From assembly GCA_030527715.1 (NCBI GenBank), contig JAUNAF010000003.1:1641-65640 (forward strand): a stretch of 64,000 nucleotides of DNA, written 5' to 3'. The notes under the pieces were generated by a model. It searched no databases and was not told the DNA's origin. It was given only the letters and a program-made list of their open reading frames with translations. A program made the position numbers and the translations under genes. How positions within the stretch are numbered: position 1 is the stretch's first letter; every line of letters starts with the position of its first letter. The DNA is from Eubacteriales bacterium. GTDB taxonomy: Bacteria; Bacillota; Clostridia; Lachnospirales; Lachnospiraceae. Of this stretch, positions 1-8,845 are shown piece by piece.

Positions 1-2
1 TT

Positions 3-251
3 GCCTCGCAAAAGCTGTATGAGACGAGAGAAAAACTGTCTGCAAAGTGTAAGCAAAACGGCATAGAACTGCGTGTGGTCAGCCGCTGGAATCCATCAAG
101 CAGAAAATGCAATGGATGTGGCACAATAAAAAAGGACTTAAAGCTTACAGAACGCATATATATATGTCCGCAATGCGGATACAGAGCCGACAGAGATCTC
201 AATGCCAGCAGAAATTTGAGAGATGCAGAAGAATATACAGCAGCCGTGTGA
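3..251 (+). CDS. tnpB: IS200/IS605-family TnpB (OrfB) RNA-guided nuclease, C-terminal 82 codons; the 5' part lies outside the window
   Basis: Frame 3 reads ...SRKCNGCGTIKKDLKLTERIYICPQCGYRADRDLNASRNLRDAEEYTAAV*. This gives a CxxC..CxxC zinc finger followed by a RuvC-III-like DRDxNAxxN motif. It is absent from the ORF track because there is no start codon in the window. Confidence 0.85.
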   Translation, partial: ASQKLYETREKLSAKCKQNGIELRVVSRWNPSSRKCNGCGTIKKDLKLTERIYICPQCGYRADRDLNASRNLRDAEEYTAAV

Positions 252-407
252 GGCTGCATTATGTACCGATGGCTAGTCGGGAATTGACGTCTGTGGACTG
301 CAGTAGAACTTGTGAGTAGTGAGCGGGAAACCGGCACAAAAGCATGCAGGACGAAACAGGAAAAATCTCGATGTGGATATTTGTTCATATTTTGAGTAGC
401 AGACAAA

Positions 408-1460
408 ATGATGAGAGATGAAAATAAACAGAAAGCGCTGGAGGCAGCTCTTTCACAGATAGAAAAACAGTTTGGTAAAGGTTCCGTGATGAAGCTCGGT
501 GATTCCGGAAGCAATATGAATGTCGAGACGATCCCGACAGGTTCTCTGAGTCTGGATATTGCGCTCGGACTGGGCGGTATTCCGAAGGGAAGAATCGTTG
601 AGATCTACGGCCCGGAGTCGAGCGGTAAGACGACCGTTGCCCTGCACATGGTTGCTGAGGCGCAGAAGAGAGGCGGTGTTGCAGGCTTTATCGATGCCGA
701 GCATGCACTGGATCCAGTCTATGCAAAAAACATCGGAGTAGATATCGATGACCTCTATATCTCACAGCCGGATAATGGTGAGCAGGCGATGGAGATCACA
801 GAGACTCTGGTGCGCTCAGGTGCAGTGGATATCATTATCGTGGACTCTGTTGCAGCACTGGTTCCGAAGGCTGAGATCGACGGCGATATGGGTGAGTCTC
901 ATATGGGACTGCAGGCACGTCTGATGTCTCAGGCGCTGCGTAAGCTTACCGCAGCGATCAGCAGATCAAACTGCGTCGTAATCTTTATCAACCAGCTGCG
1001 TGAGAAGATCGGTGTCATGTTCGGTAATCCGGAGACTACGACCGGCGGACGTGCGCTGAAATTCTATTCCTCGATCCGTATGGATGTGCGCAGAACAGAG
1101 ACCCTCAAGCAGGCAGGCGAGATGATCGGTAACCACACCAGAGTGAAGATCGTGAAGAATAAGATCGCTCCGCCGTTCAAGGAGGCAGAGTTTGATATCA
1201 TGTTCGGCAAGGGCATCTCCAGAGAGGGAGATATCCTGGATCTTGCTGCGAATGTCGGCATCATCAACAAGAGCGGTGCATGGTATGCTTATAATGAAGG
1301 AAAGATCGGTCAGGGACGCGAGAATGCGAAGAACTACCTCAGCGAGCATCCGGATGTGATGAGCGAGGTCGAGGCAAAAGTGCGTGCTTACTACGGACTG
1401 CAGGGAGCTGCTCCGGTGGAGGAAGTACCGGAAGCGGAAGATCTGTTTGACGAAGAGTAA
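408..1460 (+). CDS. recA: Recombinase RecA
   Basis: 350 aa with Walker [10 protein letters not shown]. The N-terminus [23 protein letters not shown] and the overall sequence are canonical RecA. Confidence 0.98.
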   Translation: MMRDENKQKALEAALSQIEKQFGKGSVMKLGDSGSNMNVETIPTGSLSLDIALGLGGIPKGRIVEIYGPESSGKTTVALHMVAEAQKRGGVAGFIDAEHALDPVYAKNIGVDIDDLYISQPDNGEQAMEITETLVRSGAVDIIIVDSVAALVPKAEIDGDMGESHMGLQARLMSQALRKLTAAISRSNCVVIFINQLREKIGVMFGNPETTTGGRALKFYSSIRMDVRRTETLKQAGEMIGNHTRVKIVKNKIAPPFKEAEFDIMFGKGISREGDILDLAANVGIINKSGAWYAYNEGKIGQGRENAKNYLSEHPDVMSEVEAKVRAYYGLQGAAPVEEVPEAEDLFDEE

Positions 1461-1491
1461 GATGAGGCTGTGCAGCTGACGGATAGAAGTT

Positions 1492-1953
1492 ATGGAACAG
1501 GATTTATATAAGAGAGCAAAGCTGCGCTGCATGCATCTGCTGGAAAAGCGGGATTACACAGAGAAGCAGCTGCGGGACAAGCTGCGCAACGGCAAGACAG
1601 AGTATACCGAGGATATGATCGACGAGGCGATCAATTATGTGAAATCCTTCCACTATGTGGATGATGACCGCTATGCAAGAAGATATATCGAGTGTATGCA
1701 GAAGAGAAAGAGCAGGCGTGTGATCGCACAGGAGCTGATGCAGAAAGGGATCTCGAGAGAGCAGATCCAGGAGGCTGAGGCAGATGTGACACCGGCGGAT
1801 GAGGCAGCGCTGATCCGCGAATGGATGAGAAAACGCCGCTATGATCCTGCGACTGCGGATCTGAAGGAAAAGCAGAGGTTTTATGCATTCCTGATGAGAA
1901 AGGGTTTTCGCTTTGATTCCATCGCGGAAGCACTGCGGATAGAAGAAAATTAG
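1492..1953 (+). CDS. recX: RecA regulator RecX
   Basis: 153-aa helical-repeat protein immediately downstream of recA, matching the typical recA-recX arrangement and size. Confidence 0.85.
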   Translation: MEQDLYKRAKLRCMHLLEKRDYTEKQLRDKLRNGKTEYTEDMIDEAINYVKSFHYVDDDRYARRYIECMQKRKSRRVIAQELMQKGISREQIQEAEADVTPADEAALIREWMRKRRYDPATADLKEKQRFYAFLMRKGFRFDSIAEALRIEEN

Positions 1954-2010
1954 GCGGCCGGGATCCGGATTTTGACGATGGTGAAAGTCGGTTTGCAGCC
2001 ACGGTTTTTC

Positions 2011-2039
2011 TTGACAGATATGTAAATTACATATAAAAT
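2011..2039 (+). promoter_or_regulatory. Sigma-A-type promoter upstream of rny
   Basis: TTGACA (2011-2016), 17 nt spacer, TAAAAT (2034-2039). Confidence 0.5.
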
Positions 2040-2103
2040 TATTCATTGTAATGTAATCACAGAGTTGTCTGTGGTGCTGAAAACTTAATAAGGAGGTGCT
2101 CCT

Positions 2104-3654
2104 GTGAATGCGATGACCATTGGTGTCTGTGTCGTGGTCGCTCTGCTTGCAGCAGTTATTAGCTGGTTTGCCGCTACCGCCTATCGTAAAAATGTCTCAG
2201 AAAAGACGATCGGAAGTGCGGAAGAAAAAGCCAGAGATATAATAGATGATGCATTAAAGACCGCAGAGACGAAGAAACGAGAGGCCCTTTTGGAAGCAAA
2301 AGAAGAGTCCATGATTCGCAAGAATGAACTCGATCGTGAAACAAAAGATCGTAGAGCAGAATTGCAGAAGTATGAGCGTCGTGTGCTTGCAAAAGAGGAG
2401 TCAGTCGAGAAAAAGTCTGACGCACTCGAGAAGCGTGAGTCAAACCTTTCCGCAAGGGAAGATGCGCTGAAAAAGAAGAGCGAAGAGATCGAACACATTC
2501 ATGAAAAAAAGGTGCAGGAACTGGAACGAATCTCAGGCTTAACCTCCGAACAAGCAAAGGACTATCTGTTAAAAACTGTTGAAGACGAAGTAAAAGGTGA
2601 AACCGCAAGACTCTACAAGGAACTGGAGAGTCGAGCAAAAGAAGAAGCATCCAAAAAAGCAAAGGAATATGTGGCAAATGCGATTCAGCGCTGTGCAGCT
2701 GATCACGTTGCAGAGACCACTATTTCTGTAGTGCAGCTCCCGAGCGATGAGATGAAGGGACGTATCATCGGACGAGAGGGACGTAACATCCGTACCCTTG
2801 AGACCATGACCGGTGTGGATCTGATCATTGATGACACTCCGGAGGCCGTAATTCTCTCCAGCTTTGATCCAATCAGGAGAGAAGTTGCAAGAATTGCACT
2901 TGAAAAACTGATTGTGGACGGACGTATTCATCCGGCCAGAATCGAAGAGATGGTAGAAAAGGCACAGAAAGAAGTAGAGACCATGATTCGCGAAGAAGGT
3001 GAATCAGCAGCATTAGAAGTGGGAGTACATGGAATTCACCCTGAGCTGATCAGACTGCTCGGAAGAATGAAATTCCGCACGAGTTATGGACAGAATGCGT
3101 TAAAGCACTCTATCGAGGTAGCGCAGCTCTCCGGCTTACTGGCAGGCGAGATCGGTATTGATGTACGTCTGGCAAAGCGTGCCGGTTTATTGCATGACAT
3201 CGGCAAGTCCATCGACCATGAGGTAGAGGGTTCCCATATTCAGATCGGTGCAAATCTCTGTAAGAAATACAAAGAGTCACAGATCGTGATCAATGCAGTG
3301 GAATCACATCACGGCGATGTGGAACCTGAGTCACTGATTGCATGGCTGGTTCAGGCAGCAGATACGATTTCTGCAGCCCGTCCGGGTGCGAGAAGAGAAA
3401 CTCTGGAAACATATACAAACAGATTAAAACAGTTAGAAGATATTTCAAATTCCTTCAAGGGAGTCGAGAAGTCATTTGCTATTCAGGCAGGTAGAGAGAT
3501 TCGAATTATGGTAGTTCCGGAAAAGGTCAGCGATGCCGACATGGTATTGATGGCACGAGATATTTCCAAGCAGATTGAGGCAGAGCTTGAATATCCGGGA
3601 CAGATCAAGGTTAGTGTGATCCGCGAATCACGTGTCGTAGATTACGCAAAATAA
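2104..3654 (+). CDS. rny: Ribonuclease Y
   Basis: 516 aa with an N-terminal TM helix, a long coiled coil, a KH domain ([12 protein letters not shown]) and an HD domain (LLHDIGK). GTG start 5-6 nt after AAGGAGGTG. Confidence 0.97.
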   Translation: MNAMTIGVCVVVALLAAVISWFAATAYRKNVSEKTIGSAEEKARDIIDDALKTAETKKREALLEAKEESMIRKNELDRETKDRRAELQKYERRVLAKEESVEKKSDALEKRESNLSAREDALKKKSEEIEHIHEKKVQELERISGLTSEQAKDYLLKTVEDEVKGETARLYKELESRAKEEASKKAKEYVANAIQRCAADHVAETTISVVQLPSDEMKGRIIGREGRNIRTLETMTGVDLIIDDTPEAVILSSFDPIRREVARIALEKLIVDGRIHPARIEEMVEKAQKEVETMIREEGESAALEVGVHGIHPELIRLLGRMKFRTSYGQNALKHSIEVAQLSGLLAGEIGIDVRLAKRAGLLHDIGKSIDHEVEGSHIQIGANLCKKYKESQIVINAVESHHGDVEPESLIAWLVQAADTISAARPGARRETLETYTNRLKQLEDISNSFKGVEKSFAIQAGREIRIMVVPEKVSDADMVLMARDISKQIEAELEYPGQIKVSVIRESRVVDYAK

Positions 3655-3669
3655 TGCACAAGGATGAGG

Positions 3670-3706
3670 ATACCCTGCTGTGTGAATACAGCAGGGTATT
3701 TTTTTG
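3670..3706 (+). terminator. Rho-independent terminator of rny
   Basis: ATACCCTGCTG-tgtgaata-CAGCAGGGTAT followed by TTTTTT. Confidence 0.8.
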
Positions 3707-3749
3707 CGCGAGTAGCGATGAGAATGCTGTACCTGAGTATGCAAGGCAG
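3703..3749 (+). repeat. Partial copy (box2 end) of an interspersed intergenic repeat family
   Basis: TTTGCGCGAGTAGCGATGAGAATGCTGTACCTG matches the reverse complement of 6831-6863 at 29/33 positions and 21204-21222 at 19/19. Confidence 0.6.
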
Positions 3750-3777
3750 AAAAGATCTGTAAGATGGAGTGAGGAGA

Positions 3778-4932
3778 ATGAATAAAAAAGAATTATCAGA
3801 GATCAAAAAACAGTATACCAAAGAGCGCTGTCCGGCAACCAGGATCTGCGGATGCTATGTAGACGGTGAAAAAAACAAGCAGACAATGTTTCGTGAGGCA
3901 TTTCTTTCTCTGGAGGAGGAAGCCTTTTTTAAATATCTGAATATTTTCCGCAAGGTCATGTCCGGTACCATCGGAAAAAATCTGGTAACGATGGAATTTC
4001 CGCTGGAGACGGAGCAGGAGGGCGGCACACAAGAGTTTCTGATGAAGCTGAAATATTCCGGTCTGCAGGATGACGGCGTTCTGGAAGAATTCTATGATAA
4101 AGTGATCGCTTCCTATGATTACACAGGAAACTACCTGATCCTGCTGCTGCACGCAGCCTACGATGTTCCGGGAAAGTCCTCGGATAACCTGGAGATGTTT
4201 GATGCGTCCGATGAGGTCTACGAGCATGTGCTCTGTGCGATCTGTCCGGTAAACCTGTCCAAGCCATGCCTTTCCTATAATCAGTTAGAGAACTGCTTTG
4301 AGAACCATATTCAGGACTGGCTGGTGGAGATGCCGCAGACAGGTTTCCTGTTCCCGGCCTTCCATGACAGAAGTTCGGATATCCACGCAGTGCTCTGCTA
4401 TCACCAGAAGCCGGAGGCACCGGCGCTCAGCCTGGTGAACGAGGTGCTTGGCTGCACACTGCCGATGACTGCAGGCGGACAGAAGGAGAGCTTTGAACTG
4501 CTGGTGGAGGAGACCCTTGGAGAGGAATGCAGCTTTGAGGCAGTGCGTACCCTGCATGAGACTCTGAATGAGATGATCGAAGAGCAGAAGGAGGAGCCGG
4601 ATCCGCTGATGCTCGGATCGGGTGAAGTCAGAAGACTTCTGGAACAGACCGGAGCTTCAAATGAAAAGATCGAGGCATTTGACCAGCATTTCGAGGAAGT
4701 CGTCGGAGAGCAGAATACAGAATTCGTGGCCGCAAATGTCGCTCATACCAGAAAATTTGAGATCAAAACGCCGGAAGTCGTGATCCAGGTAAATCCGGAT
4801 CGTGCAGATCTTGTGGAGACAAGGGAAATCGATGGAAGAAGATATCTGATGATCGAAGTGACCGATGAGGTCGAGGTCAACGGAATCCAGGTGAAATTTT
4901 CGGAGAACGTTGCCAACATTTCGGAAACATGA
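3778..4932 (+). CDS. Conserved hypothetical protein, DUF4317-like
   Basis: 384 aa from the ATG after GAGGAG. The N-terminus MNKKELSEIKKQYTKERCPATRICGCYVDG resembles, from memory, the DUF4317 family common in Clostridia. No catalytic motif was seen. Confidence 0.55.
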   Translation: MNKKELSEIKKQYTKERCPATRICGCYVDGEKNKQTMFREAFLSLEEEAFFKYLNIFRKVMSGTIGKNLVTMEFPLETEQEGGTQEFLMKLKYSGLQDDGVLEEFYDKVIASYDYTGNYLILLLHAAYDVPGKSSDNLEMFDASDEVYEHVLCAICPVNLSKPCLSYNQLENCFENHIQDWLVEMPQTGFLFPAFHDRSSDIHAVLCYHQKPEAPALSLVNEVLGCTLPMTAGGQKESFELLVEETLGEECSFEAVRTLHETLNEMIEEQKEEPDPLMLGSGEVRRLLEQTGASNEKIEAFDQHFEEVVGEQNTEFVAANVAHTRKFEIKTPEVVIQVNPDRADLVETREIDGRRYLMIEVTDEVEVNGIQVKFSENVANISET

Positions 4933-5047
4933 TAGAATAAAAAAAGCTTTATTGGTTATGCGGTGGCCAAATTGCACTATGACACCGTAAGAATGTTCGT
5001 AAATTGTGCATTCTATATTTTATCACTTTTAGAAAGGGAGAAAAGGT

Positions 5048-6730
5048 ATGTATCAGGAAGAGTATAAGCGCTGGCTTGCAGCAGATTTAGAGGACGCAGA
5101 TCTGAATCCGGAGCTGGCACGCATCGAGGGGAACGATGAGGAGATCAAGGACCGTTTTGCAGTAGCATTAAAGTTTGGTACTGCAGGACTTCGCGGAGTT
5201 CTCGGAGCAGGCACAAACCGTATGAATATCTATGTGGTTCGTCAGGCAACTCAGGGTCTTGCAAACTGGGTAAAGACACAGGGCGGTAATCAGACCGTTG
5301 CGATCAGCTATGACAGCCGACTGAAGAGTGATATTTTTGCAAAGACTGCAGCAGGAGTTCTTGCAGCAAACGGAATCAATGTTCGCATCTACGATGCACT
5401 GATGCCGGTACCGGCGCTGTCCTTTGCAACCCGTTACTACGAGTGCAACGCAGGTATCATGGTAACTGCTTCTCACAACCCGGCAAAGTACAATGGTTAT
5501 AAGGCTTACGGTCCGGACGGCTGCCAGATGACAGATGATGCAGCTGCCATCGTTTATGCTGAGATCCAGAAGACCGATGTTTTAAACGGAGCAAAATACA
5601 TTTCCTTCGCAGAGGGCGTGGAAAAAGGACTGATCCGTTTTGTAGGCGATGACTGTAAGAGAGCACTCTATGATGCGATCGAGTCCCGTCAGGTTCGTCC
5701 GGGTCTGTGCAAGACCGCTGGATTAAAGCTGGTTTACAGCCCGCTGAACGGTTCCGGTCTGGTACCGGTAACTCAGATCCTGAAGGAGATCGGTATTACA
5801 GATATCACGATCGTACCGGAGCAGGAGTATCCGAACGGCTACTTCACCACCTGCAGCTATCCGAACCCGGAGATCTTTGCTGCACTTGAGGCAGGACTGA
5901 AGCTCGCAGAGGAGACCGGAGCAGATCTGATGCTTGCAACAGATCCGGATGCAGACCGTGTCGGTATCGCAATGAAGTGCCCGGACGGCACCTATGAGCT
6001 GGTAAGCGGAAACGAAGTAGGCGCACTGCTTCTGGACTACATCGCAGCCGGCAGAATTGAAAAGGGAACCATGCCGAAAAACCCGGTAGCAGTAAAATCC
6101 ATCGTATCTACACCGCTTGCAGATGCAGTAGCAGAGCATTACGGAGTAGAGATGAGAAACGTACTGACCGGCTTCAAGTGGATCGGTGATCAGATCGCAC
6201 AGCTGGAGGCAGACGGAGAAGTAGACCGCTTCATCTTCGGATTCGAGGAGAGCTATGGTTACCTTGCTGGACCGTATGTACGTGACAAGGATGCGATCAT
6301 CGGATCCATGCTGATCTGTGAGATGGCTGCATACTATCGCAGCATCGGAAGCTCTCTGAAGCAGAGAATGGAAGAGATCTATGCAGAGTACGGCCGTTAC
6401 CTGAACAAGGTAGACAGCTTTGAATTCCCGGGTCTGACAGGTATGGACAAGATGGCAGGCATCATGCAGAATCTTCGTACCAACCCGCCGACAGAGTTCG
6501 CAGGCTACAAGATCGTCGGAGCAGCAGATTACACGAAGCCGGAGGAGACCGGACTTCCTGCAGCAAACGTACTGATCTACAAGCTGGAAGGCGGCGCAAC
6601 CGTGATCGTTCGTCCGTCCGGAACAGAGCCGAAGATCAAGGCTTACTATACAACACTGGGCAAGGATCTTGCAGAGGCGCAGGCACAGAAAGATGCACTG
6701 GCTGCAGCACTTGCACCGATCTTTGCATAA
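5048..6730 (+). CDS. Phosphoglucomutase/phosphomannomutase (alpha-D-phosphohexomutase family)
   Basis: 560 aa with the phosphoserine loop TASHNPAKYNGYK, metal loop ATDPDADR and sugar loop GFEESYGY. Confidence 0.92.
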   Translation: MYQEEYKRWLAADLEDADLNPELARIEGNDEEIKDRFAVALKFGTAGLRGVLGAGTNRMNIYVVRQATQGLANWVKTQGGNQTVAISYDSRLKSDIFAKTAAGVLAANGINVRIYDALMPVPALSFATRYYECNAGIMVTASHNPAKYNGYKAYGPDGCQMTDDAAAIVYAEIQKTDVLNGAKYISFAEGVEKGLIRFVGDDCKRALYDAIESRQVRPGLCKTAGLKLVYSPLNGSGLVPVTQILKEIGITDITIVPEQEYPNGYFTTCSYPNPEIFAALEAGLKLAEETGADLMLATDPDADRVGIAMKCPDGTYELVSGNEVGALLLDYIAAGRIEKGTMPKNPVAVKSIVSTPLADAVAEHYGVEMRNVLTGFKWIGDQIAQLEADGEVDRFIFGFEESYGYLAGPYVRDKDAIIGSMLICEMAAYYRSIGSSLKQRMEEIYAEYGRYLNKVDSFEFPGLTGMDKMAGIMQNLRTNPPTEFAGYKIVGAADYTKPEETGLPAANVLIYKLEGGATVIVRPSGTEPKIKAYYTTLGKDLAEAQAQKDALAAALAPIFA

Positions 6731-6863
6731 CAATAGGATGCACGCTCCGCGAACATTCTATTGGCATGAACTCTGAGAAACACGCTTTGCGAGTTCCTCA
6801 AGTTGTCGCGGTGATCCTCGAATGCCTGTGCAAGCACAGCATTCGCATCGCTATTCGCGCAAA
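6731..6863 (-). repeat. Most complete copy of the interspersed intergenic repeat (box2, 67 nt, 33-nt hairpin when read on the - strand)
   Basis: The hairpin CAATAGGATG..CATTCTATTG (6731-6763) matches 21171-21203 at 31/33 after reverse complementing. Box2 (6831-6863) matches 3703-3735 and 21204-21222. Confidence 0.6.
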
Positions 6864-6865
6864 TA

Positions 6866-6900
6866 AAAGGGCTGTTGCATTTTTGCAGCAGCCCTTTTTC
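6866..6900. terminator. Bidirectional rho-independent terminator between convergent pgm and the GH13 gene
   Basis: AAAAGGGCTGTTGCA-tttt-TGCAGCAGCCCTTTTT, with A-run and T-run flanks. Confidence 0.75.
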
Positions 6901-6928
6901 TGTGCGATCGCACGAAACATATCTGTTA

Positions 6929-8638
6929 TTAAAGTTCCAGTATCACTGCCTGATAGCCCTGAAGTGTGAGATCCTTTCGCTCATCTTCTGATGCAGGTGT
7001 ATCTGCGGCATCCAGAAGATTGGTCAGTACCAGTTTTTTATAAGGCTGATCAAGTGAGATCTCTCTTGCCTCAGACTGGAAGTTGGCGATCACCATCAGC
7101 GTCTGATGCTCTGACTTTCGGAGGAAGGCGACCAGATTGTGCTGATCTTCCCAGAGCGGAAGGAAATCGCCGTATACGATGCAGTCCCGGTAGAGCGGAT
7201 CGGTGCGCAGGGCAGTCAGTTTGCGGTAGTACTGGAAGACGGAGTTCGGATCAGAGATCTGACTTTCCAGGTTGATCCTGCGGTAATTCGGATTTACGCG
7301 CAGCCACGGTGTGCCGTCGGTAAAGCCTGCATGTTCAGCGGCGGACCACTGGAACGGTGTGCGGGCATTGTCACGGCTCATACGGGCAACGGCTTTCAGT
7401 GCCTCCTCAGCAGAAAGTCCAGCTTCCAGAGCAGTTTTGTACTCATCGAGGGTGTTGATATCGTCGATCTGGTCCGGAGTCTCAAACACTGTGTTTTCCA
7501 TACCGATCTCCTGACCCTGATAGAGGAAGGGCAGTCCTTTGAACATAAACTGCAGCGTAGCCAGCATCTTTTTGCTGGTATCATTCAGGTCTTTTTCAGG
7601 TATATAGCGGCTGACACCGCGCGGCTCATCGTGATTCTCGATGATGTTGGAGTAGAAACCGATATCCTTTGCTCTGCGCTGGCTGAAGAAGCAGGCATCG
7701 CGGTAGAGATCCGGAGTCACCGGCTTGAGATCATACCAGCCCTTTTCGCTTGCGCCGAGGCAGGCGGCACGGAAATCGAACATGGTGGAGAAATAGCCGT
7801 CGTCGCTGATAAAGTTCGGGAAATCTTCCTCCTTCTCATTGAATACCTCACCGACGGTAAAGGCATCGTAGACGCGGAAGCAGCGGTCACGCATTTCACC
7901 GAGAAAATCATCGATGCCGACAGCGTCCTCAAGCATGTTCTGGATGCTGCACAGCCCGTCTGCACGGTCAGACGGATAATCTCTCCAGGGGAGAACCTTC
8001 TTAATATTGATGATCGCATCGATACGGAAACCTGCCAGACCCTTCTCAAGCCACCAGCAGATCATCTTGTAGATATCTTCGCGGACTTCCGGATTTTCCC
8101 AGTTCAGATCCGGCTGCTTTTTGTGGAAGAGGTGCAGATAGCATTTGTCAGGATGTCCGGGAAGCGGTTCCCAGACACCGCCGCCGAAGTAGGAGCGCCA
8201 GTTGCAGGGATATTTTCCATCCTTGATATCTTCAATAAAGAAGTAGCGGCCGTACTTTCCGTCCGGATCCTCGCAGGCCTTCTTAAACCATTCATGCTCA
8301 TCCGAACAGTGGTTTACGACCAGATCCATCACGACATGGATATCGCGTTTTTTTGCTTCCGCAAGCAGTTCTTCCAGATCCTCCATCGTACCGAATCTCG
8401 GATCTACGTTATAGTAATCAGAAATATCATAGCCCTGATCTGCCAGCGGAGAGCAGTAAACAGGGGAGAGCCACACAATGCCGATACCCAGCTCCTTCAG
8501 ATAGTCCAGTTTTGAGATAATGCCGCGCAGATCCCCGATACCATCGTGATTGGTGTCAAGAAAACTTTTCGGGTAGATCTGATAGGCGGTTTTTTCATGC
8601 CACCATTTTTTCTTCAAAATATATCTCCCTTCTGTCAT
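6929..8638 (-). CDS. GH13 alpha-glucosidase / oligo-1,6-glucosidase-type hydrolase
   Basis: 569 aa with an N-terminal WWHEKTAYQIYPKSFLDTNHDGIGDL. GH13 conserved regions GFRIDAIINI (nucleophile Asp), GEVF (acid/base Glu) and ENHDEPR are present. Confidence 0.93.
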   Translation of the reverse strand: MTEGRYILKKKWWHEKTAYQIYPKSFLDTNHDGIGDLRGIISKLDYLKELGIGIVWLSPVYCSPLADQGYDISDYYNVDPRFGTMEDLEELLAEAKKRDIHVVMDLVVNHCSDEHEWFKKACEDPDGKYGRYFFIEDIKDGKYPCNWRSYFGGGVWEPLPGHPDKCYLHLFHKKQPDLNWENPEVREDIYKMICWWLEKGLAGFRIDAIINIKKVLPWRDYPSDRADGLCSIQNMLEDAVGIDDFLGEMRDRCFRVYDAFTVGEVFNEKEEDFPNFISDDGYFSTMFDFRAACLGASEKGWYDLKPVTPDLYRDACFFSQRRAKDIGFYSNIIENHDEPRGVSRYIPEKDLNDTSKKMLATLQFMFKGLPFLYQGQEIGMENTVFETPDQIDDINTLDEYKTALEAGLSAEEALKAVARMSRDNARTPFQWSAAEHAGFTDGTPWLRVNPNYRRINLESQISDPNSVFQYYRKLTALRTDPLYRDCIVYGDFLPLWEDQHNLVAFLRKSEHQTLMVIANFQSEAREISLDQPYKKLVLTNLLDAADTPASEDERKDLTLQGYQAVILEL

Positions 8639-8745
8639 AAATAACTACGAATAGATTAACTATATCATCTCCGTTTTCGGCTTGCAAGAAACGCGAATGA
8701 GAAATGCGGCTGAATCTGAAGAGGTGAACACAATATATAAAAATA

Positions 8746-8774
8746 TTGACAGTTTAAATGATTTATTGTACACT
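8746..8774 (+). promoter_or_regulatory. Sigma-A-type promoter of the CUT1 sugar ABC operon
   Basis: TTGACA (8746-8751), 17 nt spacer, TACACT (8769-8774). Confidence 0.5.
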
Positions 8775-8845
8775 TTAGCAAAAGAGTGAGAAAAAGAAGA
8801 ACAGGAGAAACTGTAAATAAGATTGATCACACAGGAGGAAAAGGT

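Noticed and set aside
375-386. A possible LexA (Cheo) box upstream of recA.
   Set aside because: Only GGATATTTGTTC is present. The left half-site matches 2 of 4 positions of GAAC-N4-GTTC, which is too degenerate to call by eye.
7139-8515. A 458-aa ORF on the + strand antisense to the GH13 gene. Similar long antisense ORFs occur at 29850-31463 (-, 537 aa), 11986-13038 (-), 18980-20176 (-), 5723-6733 (-), 46379-47272 (-), 52518-53315 (-) and 63103-63954 (-).
   Set aside because: Each lies entirely opposite a gene with clear family motifs. Their products are Cys/His/Arg/Leu-rich with no recognisable motifs or RBS. Strong third-position codon bias on the sense strand suppresses stop codons on the antisense strand, producing shadow ORFs.
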